In this document: positions 50,401 to 60,638 of the stretch, in pieces
Numbering within the stretch: position 1 is the stretch's first letter
Layout of the letters: every line of letters begins with the position of its first letter
NCBI GenBank assembly: GCA_041746575.1
Contig: JBGTGT010000028.1
Span: 20,523 to 84,522, forward strand
Direction: 5' to 3'
DNA: 64,000 nucleotides
Source: Microcystaceae cyanobacterium
Lineage (GTDB): Bacteria > Cyanobacteriota > Cyanobacteriia > Cyanobacteriales > Microcystaceae
The notes under the pieces: generated by a model
What the model was told of the DNA's origin: nothing
The model's database searches: none
The model's input: only the letters and a program-made list of their open reading frames with translations
Made by a program: the position numbers and the translations under genes

Positions 50401-51387
50401 TTGAGCATGAATGCCATTAAAGATTCATTATCTCCCCTTCAAACCGCCGATACTATGCCCGTTGTACAAACGTGGCAATTAGGGAAAGTTTATCGTACAG
50501 GATTTTGGCTGAATCAAAAGGTAGAATCCTTGAAAAGCTGCGATTTAACGGTTTATCAGGGCGAAACCTTTGGTTTATTAGGGCCTAATGGAGCAGGGAA
50601 AACGACACTTCTAAAAACCTTACTGGGAATTATTCGTCCCACCTCTGGACGGGCTGTTTTGTTAGGGAAACCGATTGGTAACCGCAAAATCAAAGAAAGA
50701 ATTGGTTATTTGCCTGAAAATGCCTATTTTTATGATTTTTTAACCGCATGGGAATTTTTAGATTATATTGGGAGTTTGTTTCAAATTCCATCAATCGAGC
50801 GGAAAAAGCGTGTTAAAGAATTATTAGATTTGGTCGGTTTAGCCCAAAATACAGCTAAAAAGAAGCAAATCCGTAAATATTCTAAAGGAATGACCCAACG
50901 GGTGGGTATGGCGCAAGCATTAATCAATAACCCTGAATTGGTGTTTCTGGATGAACCCATGTCTGGATTAGATCCTATGGGACGCTATCAAGTCCGAGAA
51001 ATCATCTTATCTTTGAAAGAACAGGGCAAAACCATCTTTTTTAACTCTCATATCTTAGCAGACGTGGAGCAAATCTGCGATCGCATTTCTCTCTTAGCGA
51101 GAGGGGAGTTAATTTGTGCGGGATCTTTAGAAGAGATTTTAGGGCGCGCCGACGTTTATCAGGTCACCGTAAAAGGGGGGGAAAGGGCAAAATTAGAAGC
51201 TTGGGTGGTAGGATTAAGGTGGGATGATGGTTTATGGCACGGACAGCTTCAAGGCGACCCACAGGCATTTATTTCGGTGTTGAATGAGATGGACGCCCAG
51301 TTAATTACTCTGCATAAAGCGCGTGCATCGCTGGAAGAGTTCTTTATCCGGCAACTACGAGAAAGAGGGATTACCTCCAGTCAATAA
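50401..51387 (+). CDS. ABC-2 type transporter ATP-binding protein
   Basis: GPNGAGKT, YSKGM, FLDEPMSGLDP and NSH motifs. Confidence 0.9.
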   Translation: MSMNAIKDSLSPLQTADTMPVVQTWQLGKVYRTGFWLNQKVESLKSCDLTVYQGETFGLLGPNGAGKTTLLKTLLGIIRPTSGRAVLLGKPIGNRKIKERIGYLPENAYFYDFLTAWEFLDYIGSLFQIPSIERKKRVKELLDLVGLAQNTAKKKQIRKYSKGMTQRVGMAQALINNPELVFLDEPMSGLDPMGRYQVREIILSLKEQGKTIFFNSHILADVEQICDRISLLARGELICAGSLEEILGRADVYQVTVKGGERAKLEAWVVGLRWDDGLWHGQLQGDPQAFISVLNEMDAQLITLHKARASLEEFFIRQLRERGITSSQ

Positions 51388-51433
51388 ACCTTTAGTGCTA
51401 TCCTTTAAATTGACTTTAATTCCTCTAAAAATT

Positions 51434-51724
51434 ATGACAGAACCGATTACCTCCAATATCAGCGATCACATTTGTCAACACATGAATGAAGATCATAGCG
51501 ATGCAGTTATTTTATATGCAAAAGTCTTTGGTCAATCTTTGGATGTAACTCATGCAGAAATGCTTTCAATTGATGCGTTAGGGATGAATTTGAAAGTTGA
51601 ACCGTCTGTTAATAATCAACCCATGCGGATTCAATTTGACCATTCCCTTAAAGATGCCCATTATACTCTAATTGATATGATTAAACTTGCCCGTCAATCG
51701 CTTCGTTCAAATTCATCATTATAG
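51434..51724 (+). CDS. DUF2470 domain protein
   Basis: ICQHMNEDHSDA...SIDALGM...IQFDH; ATG at 51434. Confidence 0.82.
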   Translation: MTEPITSNISDHICQHMNEDHSDAVILYAKVFGQSLDVTHAEMLSIDALGMNLKVEPSVNNQPMRIQFDHSLKDAHYTLIDMIKLARQSLRSNSSL

Positions 51725-51841
51725 GTATAAAATAAATAATGATATGTTTTATTTAAGATTAAGATTGGGCGATCATTTATTGAAATAATTTAGTCCTATT
51801 AGATAGGGGAATTTCATCCTGTTTAATAAAACGATAAATTA

Positions 51842-51872
51842 GGCGCATTACACCCACGTTAATGCACCCTAC
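51842..51872 (-). repeat. GTAG-type REP-like palindrome downstream of prlC
   Basis: Minus strand GTAGGGTGCATTAACGTGGGTGTAATGCGCC, with arms GGTGCATTA / TAATGCGCC. Confidence 0.6.
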
Positions 51873-51903
51873 CCATCAATCCACATTGAAGTTAAAACAA
51901 GGA

Positions 51904-53976
51904 CTACGCCGCATCTAACAACCCATTATGCCGTAATAGAGGTTCGGTGCTGGGTTCTCGTCCTCGGAATGCCTTAAACACCTCTATAGGATGCACACTG
52001 CCTCCTAATCCTAAGACGGTTTCTCGGAAACGGTACCCTGTTTCTTGAATCGCCGTTTCATTGTCTAATCCTACCTCTTCAAAGGCAGAAAAGGCATCCG
52101 CGCTTAAGACTTCTGCCCATTTGTAGCTATAATAACCTGCCGCATAGCCTCCTGAGAAAATATGCCCAAAAGAGCATAAAAAGGCATCTTCAGGCAAAGG
52201 AGGTAACACGGTTGTCAGGGAAGCAACTCGGTGGCGAATCTCTCGAATTGTCTCTTTTCCATCGGGTTGATAGCGATGATGCAATTCCAAATCAAGAAGA
52301 CTAAAGTGAATCTGCCGTAACATGACTGATCCACTCATGTAATTACGCGCCGCCAGTAATTTTTGATAATAATGTTCAGGTAAGGTTTCACCCGTTTCGT
52401 AGTGTTTTGCCATGCTAAAGAGGGTTTTACGGTCATAACACCAGTTTTCCATGAATTGACTCGGTAATTCTACTGCATCCCATTCAATATTGTTAATCCC
52501 TGATACACCCGCCTCATTGACTTTGGTTAACATATGCTGTAATCCGTGACCAAATTCGTGAAATAAGGTTGTAACTTCCTCAAACGTCATCAGACTGGGT
52601 TGGCTGTCAACAGGAGGCGTCTGATTACACACTAAATAGGCAACCGGAAGACGTATTGTCATTTCACTCTGAATTTTAACCTGTCTCCGACCAATACAGT
52701 CGTCCATCCAGGCGCCACCGCGTTTATTTGCAGGTCTAGAATAGGGATCAAGGTAAAAATGGGCAATAATCTGATTATTCTCATCAGATACCTGAAAATA
52801 TCGCACATCTTCATGCCATACAGGAGCTTGTCCATCGGCAGGGGTAATGGTAACGCCAAAGATACGGTTTGCAAGGGTAAACAATCCCTTTAAAACCTGC
52901 GAAAGAGGAAAGTAGGGACGTAATTCTTCAGCAGTGAAGTCAAATTTTGCTTCTCGTTGCCGTTCTGTCCAAAAAGCGAGATCCCAATGCTTTAAAGTGT
53001 CCGTTTGAGCAAAGGCTTTAAGGTCTTCTAAATCCTGCTTAGCAGATGTATAGCTGACCTTTCGCAATTCTTCTAGAAGTTTTTCTACTGAATTCACACT
53101 ATTTGCCATTTTTCGGGCTAAACTTACCTCTGCATAGGTGTTGTATCCCAGTAATTGCGCTTGTTCATATCGAAGCTCTAAAATACGCTCAATCAGTGGA
53201 TTATTATCAAATTCTCCAGCAGAAGCCCGTGAAATAAACGCTTTATAAAGTTTTTCTCGCAAATGAGCTTGGGCACTGTGTTTCATAAAGGGAACAAAAC
53301 TCGGATAATCAAGGGTAATTAGCCAAGGTCCTTCGGTAGGGGTGGCGGTTTCTTCTCCTTCAGAACGGGCGGTTTGAGCCGCTAAGCTGAGCAGACTCTC
53401 AGGTAATCCCTCAATTTCTTTTTTTTGCGTCAATTTAAGCTTAAATGCTTTGGTAGCGTCTAAAACGTGATTAGAAAACTGAGTCGCTAAGTCCGCTAAT
53501 TCCAGTTGAATTTGGTTAAAACGTTCCCGTTTTTTCCCTTCTAATCCTATGCCAGACAATTCAGCGTCTCGAATAGCGGCTTCTATAATACGCTTTTGTG
53601 CAGATTCAAAGGTTTCCCATTGATCGCTGTCTTTAATTGCTTTAAATCCTTGATAAATAGCTTGACTTTGACTGAGTTGATTACTAAATTGTACCAGTTG
53701 CGGTTGAACGGTTTCGTAAGCGGTTCGGAGTTCGGGACTATTATTAACCCCCATTAAATGACCGATAATGCCCCATGTCCAGCTTAATCGTTCTCCTATC
53801 GCCGTCAACGGTTCAACTAAACCTGACCAAGTAGGGGTAAGATTTGCCTCTAAATCCTTAAATTGTTGCGCTAATTCTGCTAGAAGTTGCTCAACAGCAG
53901 GAATCACATAATGGGTTTCAATTTTATCAAAAGGAGGTAATCCTTGACCGATTAATAAGGGATTATTCATGGCCAA
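51904..53976 (-). CDS. prlC: Oligopeptidase A (M3 family)
   Basis: KRGGAWMD, LFHEFGHGLQH, DAVELPSQFME and GYAAGYYSYKWAE. Confidence 0.95.
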   Translation of the reverse strand: MAMNNPLLIGQGLPPFDKIETHYVIPAVEQLLAELAQQFKDLEANLTPTWSGLVEPLTAIGERLSWTWGIIGHLMGVNNSPELRTAYETVQPQLVQFSNQLSQSQAIYQGFKAIKDSDQWETFESAQKRIIEAAIRDAELSGIGLEGKKRERFNQIQLELADLATQFSNHVLDATKAFKLKLTQKKEIEGLPESLLSLAAQTARSEGEETATPTEGPWLITLDYPSFVPFMKHSAQAHLREKLYKAFISRASAGEFDNNPLIERILELRYEQAQLLGYNTYAEVSLARKMANSVNSVEKLLEELRKVSYTSAKQDLEDLKAFAQTDTLKHWDLAFWTERQREAKFDFTAEELRPYFPLSQVLKGLFTLANRIFGVTITPADGQAPVWHEDVRYFQVSDENNQIIAHFYLDPYSRPANKRGGAWMDDCIGRRQVKIQSEMTIRLPVAYLVCNQTPPVDSQPSLMTFEEVTTLFHEFGHGLQHMLTKVNEAGVSGINNIEWDAVELPSQFMENWCYDRKTLFSMAKHYETGETLPEHYYQKLLAARNYMSGSVMLRQIHFSLLDLELHHRYQPDGKETIREIRHRVASLTTVLPPLPEDAFLCSFGHIFSGGYAAGYYSYKWAEVLSADAFSAFEEVGLDNETAIQETGYRFRETVLGLGGSVHPIEVFKAFRGREPSTEPLLRHNGLLDAA

Positions 53977-54206
53977 TCTAATTCAATGATTTCTAAGGTG
54001 AGTGTGACTTCTAGGATAACAAAATTCTCAGGAAATTGCCGAGGATTCCCAAGTTTTTCCGACTCAATCTTTTATTTTCGGTTTTTTAAAATTCTCGCTT
54101 GTTGCTATCAAGTTTTTTTGATTAACCTGTTAGTGATGTGATAGATAGCAATCCTAAAGTGGGTACTTTAATTCTAATCCCTGTGGCTTTTTAGGATCAT
54201 AATCCT

Positions 54207-54776
54207 ATGTTAATTTGGCTATTTTATCTCAAATCCTATTCAAGGTTATCAGGTCGGCCGTCCGACGGATTCCAAGGCTTTACGCTGCTTGAATTAATGA
54301 TTTCAACTATTATTGCGGGAATGTTAGCGATGATTGCAATTCCCACCTTATTGTCCAATGCTGATAAGGCAAAATATGCTAACGCCAAAAATCAAATGGG
54401 TTGTATGGCAACCGAGTTAAGAACTTACGCCTTAGAAAATGGCAATTATCCGGGCGATCAAAATCGTAACACCGCTTATACAGAAGCAGGTTGTTTTGAA
54501 GTTCATAGCGGTTATGTCCCCGATCAGCCGATGATTAATCAAAAACATAATACAACTGTGCCGTTTGGTTCAGTTTATGATTATGAAAGTTGGAATCACG
54601 GTTCAGGCTGTTATATTGCCGTCACTTTTTTTGGTAGAAATGGCTTAAGAAAGTTTACGCAGGGGGCTAAAGATGATATCTTGACGATGGGTTTGCATAC
54701 TTATGATGCCACTGATGATGATCTTGTCTTTTTAGTAGATATTACGGCTAGTGCTTGTGCGCTGAATGGAACTTAA
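54207..54776 (+). CDS. Type IV pilin-like protein (prepilin)
   Basis: Class III signal QG|FTLLELMI followed by a hydrophobic helix; Cys pairs in the globular domain. Confidence 0.85.
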   Translation: MLIWLFYLKSYSRLSGRPSDGFQGFTLLELMISTIIAGMLAMIAIPTLLSNADKAKYANAKNQMGCMATELRTYALENGNYPGDQNRNTAYTEAGCFEVHSGYVPDQPMINQKHNTTVPFGSVYDYESWNHGSGCYIAVTFFGRNGLRKFTQGAKDDILTMGLHTYDATDDDLVFLVDITASACALNGT

Positions 54777-54802
54777 AAGTAAGAAAATACTGATCATAAA
54801 TA

Positions 54803-55714
54803 ATGAGTAATAAACATAAAAGTTTAATTGTAATTTGTGGGCCGACAGCCACAGGAAAGTCAGGATTAGCGTTAAATTTAGCGATAAAATTAGAGTCAAT
54901 TATTATTAGTGCGGATTCCCGTCAAGTCTATCAAGAGTTTAATATTGGGACGGCTAAACCCACTTTGCAAGAACAAGTATTAGTCCCCCATTATTTAATT
55001 GATATATGTGATCCGACTGAGAAATTAACCGTTGCTGAATACCAACAAAAAGGAAATGCCATCATTGATCAATTTTGTCAAAATGCTCCTCCCTTATTGG
55101 TCGGGGGAACTGGACTATATCTTAAGTCTATCGTGAAAGGAATGAAAATTCCCCCCGTTTCCCCCCAAGCAGAATTACGTCAACAATTACAAGCATTCGG
55201 ACAGCAACAATGTTATCAATTTCTATTACAAGTTGATCCCGTTGCCGCTAGTCGAATTCATGCCCATGATGCAGTCAGAACTTTAAGAGCTTTAGAGGTC
55301 TATTATGTCACGGGTCAACCCATTTCAGCACAGCAAAAAGAAAATCCCCCGACTTATCCGATTTTATACATCGGTCTTCATTGTGACATTGAACAATTAC
55401 GCCAAAGAATTACCCAACGAACTTATCAAATGATTAAGCAAGGATGGGTCGAAGAAGTTCAATATTTGATCAAAAAGTACGGAGAGGAATTATCTTTATT
55501 AAATACCCTTGGCTATCGGGAAATTAAACAATATTTAAAGGGAGAAACTTCGTTAGAAAAAGCCATTGAATTGACAATTATTCAGACCAGCCAATTTGCA
55601 AAACGTCAACGAACTTGGTTTCAATCTGTTGCAGAAATTGAATGGTTTGACGCAAATTCTTCTCAATTATGGACGCAAATTTGGCAACGAGTTCAATTCT
55701 TTTTGAAAAATTGA
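54803..55714 (+). CDS. miaA: tRNA dimethylallyltransferase
   Basis: GPTATGKS, SADSRQVY, IGTAKP, VGGTGLY and AKRQRTWF. Confidence 0.97.
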   Translation: MSNKHKSLIVICGPTATGKSGLALNLAIKLESIIISADSRQVYQEFNIGTAKPTLQEQVLVPHYLIDICDPTEKLTVAEYQQKGNAIIDQFCQNAPPLLVGGTGLYLKSIVKGMKIPPVSPQAELRQQLQAFGQQQCYQFLLQVDPVAASRIHAHDAVRTLRALEVYYVTGQPISAQQKENPPTYPILYIGLHCDIEQLRQRITQRTYQMIKQGWVEEVQYLIKKYGEELSLLNTLGYREIKQYLKGETSLEKAIELTIIQTSQFAKRQRTWFQSVAEIEWFDANSSQLWTQIWQRVQFFLKN

Positions 55715-55765
55715 TTATTACTCTGTCAACAGACTCGATATAATGAATCATCATCCCTTCATTCG

Positions 55766-56905
55766 GTGAAACCGCCTATGATCTTAGATGAGTTACAACG
55801 AACTTGGCAAACCCGCCTAGCGGAAGACGAACCGAAGTTAAAGAAAATCTATCAAGATAACATTATTCAGTGGTTATTGGGTGATGATCTTCAACGATGG
55901 CAAACCGCCGCACCTGAGAAATGGACGGTGCTAGAACAAGGGCTAGACTATCGTTATCGCATCCTCCGTCAACGGTATCTCAATACGCCGCCAACGCAAG
56001 CTTACCGCCAATTGATTAACCGCTTAGGCTCTCTGGTGGTTTTACGCAACAAAATTAAGACTTGGGTGGCTTTAAGTCGGGATCGCCAAAGGGCTGTTGC
56101 CGATGTAATACAAGAAGTTGTACAAGAAATGCTCAACAGCGATCGCTACATTCAAAGTCAGATGGCTTGGATTGCTCAATGTACGACAGATGAGCGTCTT
56201 CGTAATGCGCTTTTATTTACAGCAATTGAAGAATATTGTTTAAGACCCATTCGGAGTCAACCCTTATTAGTGTATCGTTTTGTCAACTATTTACGGCGTT
56301 CTCAACGGGGGGGAATGACGCAAGTTCCCCAACAACAACTGATTCGTTTGATGTCCGAAGAAATTATGGGAGAAGACGGAGAATCTTCTATTAGCTTACT
56401 GGATAATCAAGCGATTGAAGATTATCAAGAAAGTCAAAAAATTGAAGATCAACAACGTTTGCGGCAAAAAGTTAAAGCAGAATTTGAAACCTATTTAGAG
56501 GAAAAAGTTGGAAAAGACGCAGTCGAATGGTTAAAGTGGTATTTAACCGGAAAAACTCAAGATGAAATTGCCCAAATCATGAATTTACCGATTAAGCAAG
56601 TCTATCGCCTACGGGAAAAAGTGGGTTATCATGCCATTAAAGTCTTTTCAATTAAAGGAAAACCTGAATTAGTTGCCAATTGGTTAGAAATTTCTTTAGA
56701 AGAGCATTCCTTTGGCTTAACCCCCAATCAATGGCAAAATTTCCACAGAAAAATAACACAAGAACAGCAAAAATTGCTAGATTTATTAGCACAAAAACAA
56801 CCGATTGAAGCCATTAGTGTGACCTTAGGATGGAAAAAAAGCAAAGTGTATCAAGAATGGACACAAATTTATTTAGAAGCGCAGACATTACGGAATGAAT
56901 CTTGA
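55766..56905 (+). CDS. HetZ-related protein (sigma-like HTH transcriptional regulator)
   Basis: DYRYRIL..RYL, WVALSRDRQR, YRFVNYLRR and HTH TQDEIAQIMNLPIKQVYRLREK. Confidence 0.75.
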   Translation: MKPPMILDELQRTWQTRLAEDEPKLKKIYQDNIIQWLLGDDLQRWQTAAPEKWTVLEQGLDYRYRILRQRYLNTPPTQAYRQLINRLGSLVVLRNKIKTWVALSRDRQRAVADVIQEVVQEMLNSDRYIQSQMAWIAQCTTDERLRNALLFTAIEEYCLRPIRSQPLLVYRFVNYLRRSQRGGMTQVPQQQLIRLMSEEIMGEDGESSISLLDNQAIEDYQESQKIEDQQRLRQKVKAEFETYLEEKVGKDAVEWLKWYLTGKTQDEIAQIMNLPIKQVYRLREKVGYHAIKVFSIKGKPELVANWLEISLEEHSFGLTPNQWQNFHRKITQEQQKLLDLLAQKQPIEAISVTLGWKKSKVYQEWTQIYLEAQTLRNES

Positions 56906-57036
56906 AATTAAATATTAAAGAGACTAATTTTCGATGCTGTAACACTGTGCATTTTAATTAGAACGTTTTACGGTTCTCTGCGACTTCGATTCTCGATTCC
57001 GGACTGGCAAAAAACCAGATTAGAATATCTCCTAAT

Positions 57037-57714
57037 TCAATTTTGTAATGCCATCTCCAACATCAATTCAACGTTGTCAGAATAAACTCTTGCTAATACA
57101 GTATATTGTTGAGTCGTCGTAAACATTAAGCGATCATTGACTCGAATTTGAGCTTGTACGATATAGATGTGATTTGCTTGAAAATCTTTGGTAGTATAAG
57201 AAAGCGTAAAAGGAATCGAAACTTGCTCTCCTTGAGTAACTATCGTTTGTTCTGCTAGAATAGTAGCGGCAACATCTTGACGAGAGACATCTGCTAACTT
57301 AATCGTAATTACCGCACCCGCCGGCAAAGCGATGCGTTGACGATAGGCGAGATAACCCGTAACTTTTGCCATTTGCTTTTTATTATTTTCTAGGAGTTCA
57401 CCCTTTTCTCTGGGAAAAGATTCAATATTATTAACCAAAAGATTAACCCTTTGTTACCGTCGAATAGTGCGATATTGATAGCCTTGAAAAGACATTTCTC
57501 CTTACGCTTCTGTGGGTAAACAAACGACCTGATCTTTTGAACAATAAGTGTGCATGATCAGTCGATCATTATCTTGATAAATCCGAATCGTATGACTTAC
57601 TCCTTGATATAAAACTTGTGTTGAGCTTTGTGCTTGAGCATTTTGTTTTACACTAAGGATAATGAACATTAAGCTGACCACACTGGCGAATATTCCTCGT
57701 TTTAATGGATTCAT
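57037..57714 (-). pseudogene. Secreted YbaY-domain protein interrupted by two in-frame stops
   Basis: ORFs 57502-57714 (signal peptide) and 57037-57438 (YbaY: VTGYLAYRQRIALP, LADVSRQD) share a frame and are separated by TAA at 57502-57504 and 57454-57456. Confidence 0.7.
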
Positions 57715-57746
57715 TAGTATTAACCTTGAATAACTGATTATTACTT

Positions 57747-58118
57747 ATGTTGATTGTAAACCCTCAAGAGATTGCTCAATACCGCTCCCAACTGTCCTCT
57801 ATGGAAGAAGCATTAATTGCCTTAGATATGCTAGAAGATTGTGAAGGAGATTTAGAGGATGCCGCCGTCTCTTTAGCGATTCAAGTGGGACAACAACCCG
57901 ATAGTAATGATTGGTTAGAAGGGATGGCGAAACGGTGTCGCGTGCTGTTATGTCATTCGAGTCTTAAATCATCTTTAACGGCAGGAAATCTTTTATTCAG
58001 CGTTCAAACCATCCAAGAAAGTGGTATTTGTCCTTCCGTGGTAGCGACTTTGGTGGTTTTATATGCAATTAAAATAGGAATAGACCATTTTTGTGAACCT
58101 TTAGATTACCAAGTTTAA
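57747..58118 (+). CDS. Conserved cyanobacterial hypothetical protein
   Basis: 123-aa ORF with EIAQYRSQL...ALDMLEDCEGDLEDAA...FCEPL. Confidence 0.7.
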   Translation: MLIVNPQEIAQYRSQLSSMEEALIALDMLEDCEGDLEDAAVSLAIQVGQQPDSNDWLEGMAKRCRVLLCHSSLKSSLTAGNLLFSVQTIQESGICPSVVATLVVLYAIKIGIDHFCEPLDYQV

Positions 58119-58222
58119 GCACTTTATTATTATTAGAAACATCTTAGATTTTGGGGTTTAAAAGATTAGCAAAAAGTCAACGAGTCATTCTTTTTTTACT
58201 TCTGCATTTTTCTCTTAATAAA

Positions 58223-58861
58223 TTACTCACTTAAGCTTAACCAGCTAATGGACTCTTTGATCCATTCTTCAACGTTGGGATTCTTTAACATTAAATTATC
58301 TTGACACAAAACGGCAATAGCTTGATTAATTTCTGTGGTCGTGTAACCTAACGCTAATAATGTCATTTCAACATCTTCTAAAATTCCTTGAGGAGGGGTT
58401 ACTGTTGCCGTCGTCACCGTCATTCCTGCCACTTCCCGCCATTGGGAGAGTTTTGTTTTCAATTCTAAGGCAATTCGTTCTGCTGTTTTTCGGCCGACAC
58501 CGGGGGTTTGAGATAAAATGCGAATATTCGCCGTTACAATGGCCTGTACTAAGGATTCTAATCCTAAAGTATCAATTAAAGCGATCGCTAATTGTGTCCC
58601 TATCCCACTCACACTAATTAATTGACGAAATAATTCCCGTTCAGCAGCCGTTGCAAAGCCGTATAATAAAACGTGATCTTCTCGCACTTGAAGATGGGTA
58701 AAAACTTGCAATTCTTCACCTATTATTGTTGCTAATTGACGAGAAAAACGGGCAGGAACTTGAATTTCGTACCCGATCAACTGAGATTCTAAGATTAAAA
58801 TAGTGCGATTATTTACCGTTTTACTAATGTCAACAATCTTACCCTTTAGATAACTAATCAC
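58223..58861 (-). CDS. ruvA: Holliday junction branch migration protein RuvA
   Basis: MISYLKG, VRED..LYGF, LISVSGIG, PGVGRKTAERIALEL and LALGY. Confidence 0.96.
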   Translation of the reverse strand: MISYLKGKIVDISKTVNNRTILILESQLIGYEIQVPARFSRQLATIIGEELQVFTHLQVREDHVLLYGFATAAERELFRQLISVSGIGTQLAIALIDTLGLESLVQAIVTANIRILSQTPGVGRKTAERIALELKTKLSQWREVAGMTVTTATVTPPQGILEDVEMTLLALGYTTTEINQAIAVLCQDNLMLKNPNVEEWIKESISWLSLSE

Positions 58862-58935
58862 AATTTAAGTGCCTAAACAAAATTATTTCCCTATTTTAAT
58901 CTTAGGACAAATAGGTCATCGATTTTGGTGGCGAC

Positions 58936-59685
58936 TCATTCTAAAAAACCAAATTGTTTGAGTCCTTCTAAAATACCCCCTGCATAGGAAGCATCAGCTA
59001 GATAATGATGGGGCTTACGATGACTAAAATACCACTGACGCAATTCGGCTTTGGCGTTACCAACGATAATCCCTCGTTCTTCACCTTGAAAAAGAGCAAT
59101 ATCATTACCCGAATCGCCGCAAGTAACCGTTTTATGGGGTTCAACTTTCCATTTTTCTCGTAGATACTGAACGGCTAATCCCTTGTCCCCATAGCTCGGT
59201 AAAATATCTAAATCTTGACTGCCGCTATAGATTAACTTTGTTTGGTATTCCGTTTGGGATAAATCTGACCTAAGATTAGGAATCACCTCAATTGCGTCCT
59301 CTTCCGCTAAATAATAACTAATTTTGAATTGATTTTGTTCTGAGGATGGTTGGGGGCTTAATGCCGAATACTGAGTAGCGATCGCTTCAATTTTATCCCT
59401 TTCCCATCCTTGACTCAACAGCTTAGCCCAATCAGGATCGTACTGATCTTGAGTCGGATCGAAATAAATTTCGGTTCCTACCGAGGTGATGAGGGCATCT
59501 GGTAGCAAAAGAGACTTTTCTTGAGCAATTTCTCGATAGAGGTACAGCGATCGCCCTGTTGCATAGACAATCTTTGTGCCATAAGTCTGGCGATGAATGT
59601 TTAACTGATGTTGCAGGCGATGAAGAGCGTCGTCATCCCCTACAAAGGTGTTATCAATATCCGAAATAAAGAGGAAAGCAGACAT
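58936..59685 (-). CDS. spp: Sucrose-phosphate phosphatase
   Basis: SDIDNT, YATGRS, ITSVGTEI, EQNQFKISY, DKGLA and CGDSGND (HAD IIB). Confidence 0.88.
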   Translation of the reverse strand: MSAFLFISDIDNTFVGDDDALHRLQHQLNIHRQTYGTKIVYATGRSLYLYREIAQEKSLLLPDALITSVGTEIYFDPTQDQYDPDWAKLLSQGWERDKIEAIATQYSALSPQPSSEQNQFKISYYLAEEDAIEVIPNLRSDLSQTEYQTKLIYSGSQDLDILPSYGDKGLAVQYLREKWKVEPHKTVTCGDSGNDIALFQGEERGIIVGNAKAELRQWYFSHRKPHHYLADASYAGGILEGLKQFGFLE

Positions 59686-59829
59686 AATGACAATAGCTAA
59701 GAAAGATTACTGGTTATTTTTTAACGGAAAATCTCCCAAAAATCAAACGTTGATCATTCGCTTCCGCATTTGCCAAGAACAGGGTATCTTTAAATTAAGT
59801 GTCTTTATACCCCGATTATCTGACCTCTT

Positions 59830-60126
59830 ATGGAGAACAAACGACCAGAATTTGCCATCACCGACCATTCTCTTCAGTCCATCATCACTGAACTTCATAG
59901 TCACTTTAGAGACTTACAATCTTACTACAAGATTGCCAAAGGAGCTTTGAGTAGTCAAATGGAAGAAACCACCGATCCAACGAGTATTGCTAAGTTACAA
60001 GAAGAATTAAAACAAGTTAACGAAAAACTAATCTATTTTCATGTTTTAAATAATTCAATCTCCACCGTTGATACCGTTATTCATACCCCCAAAATGATTG
60101 AAGAATTTCAGTCCCCAAAAGCATAA
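59830..60126 (+). CDS. Hypothetical helical protein
   Basis: 98-aa ATG ORF, co-oriented with the cNMP-binding gene. Confidence 0.65.
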   Translation: MENKRPEFAITDHSLQSIITELHSHFRDLQSYYKIAKGALSSQMEETTDPTSIAKLQEELKQVNEKLIYFHVLNNSISTVDTVIHTPKMIEEFQSPKA

Positions 60127-60189
60127 AATGGAGTTAATAACTGGTAAGTTAGGTCAATTTAACCCATTCTTAATCCATCTTTATCAATC

Positions 60190-60564
60190 ATGCCCTTAAA
60201 TCCTTCAGAAACCGTCAAGTTGTATCAAGTTCATGGGAGTCCCAAAAGCGTCAAGTCCGGCGAGATCATTTTTCAAGAAGGTGACCGAGAAACAGTGATG
60301 TACGGGGTGATTGAGGGACAAGTAGAGCTGCAAGTCCACGGAAAAACAGTGGAAATCATTGAAAAAGGCGATGTTTTCGGGGTGGGTGCAATGGTTCATC
60401 CCGATCATCTTCGTACTTCTACTGCGATCGCTAAAACCGATTGTATCTTAGCCTTTTTAGATCAAGCGCATTTTCTCTTTGTCGTCGAACAAACCCCCCT
60501 CTTTGCTGTAGAAGTAATTCGTAGTTATTCAGACCGCTATCGGCGATTAAAAGCAGATTTATAA
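60190..60564 (+). CDS. Stand-alone cyclic nucleotide-binding domain protein
   Basis: GEIIFQEGD, MYGVIEGQVE and GDVFG...RTSTAIA; no HTH. Confidence 0.87.
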   Translation: MPLNPSETVKLYQVHGSPKSVKSGEIIFQEGDRETVMYGVIEGQVELQVHGKTVEIIEKGDVFGVGAMVHPDHLRTSTAIAKTDCILAFLDQAHFLFVVEQTPLFAVEVIRSYSDRYRRLKADL

Positions 60565-60638
60565 ACTTTTCTGCTGACTCCTCGGGTTAAGTTTTAGTTT
60601 CGTGGAACTTATTCCCATACCAGTTGCTTATCGCGCTC

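Noticed and set aside
59648..59950. 100-aa ORF and other short ORFs overlapping assigned genes
   Set aside because: Out-of-frame or antisense overlaps with well-supported CDSs; no motifs.
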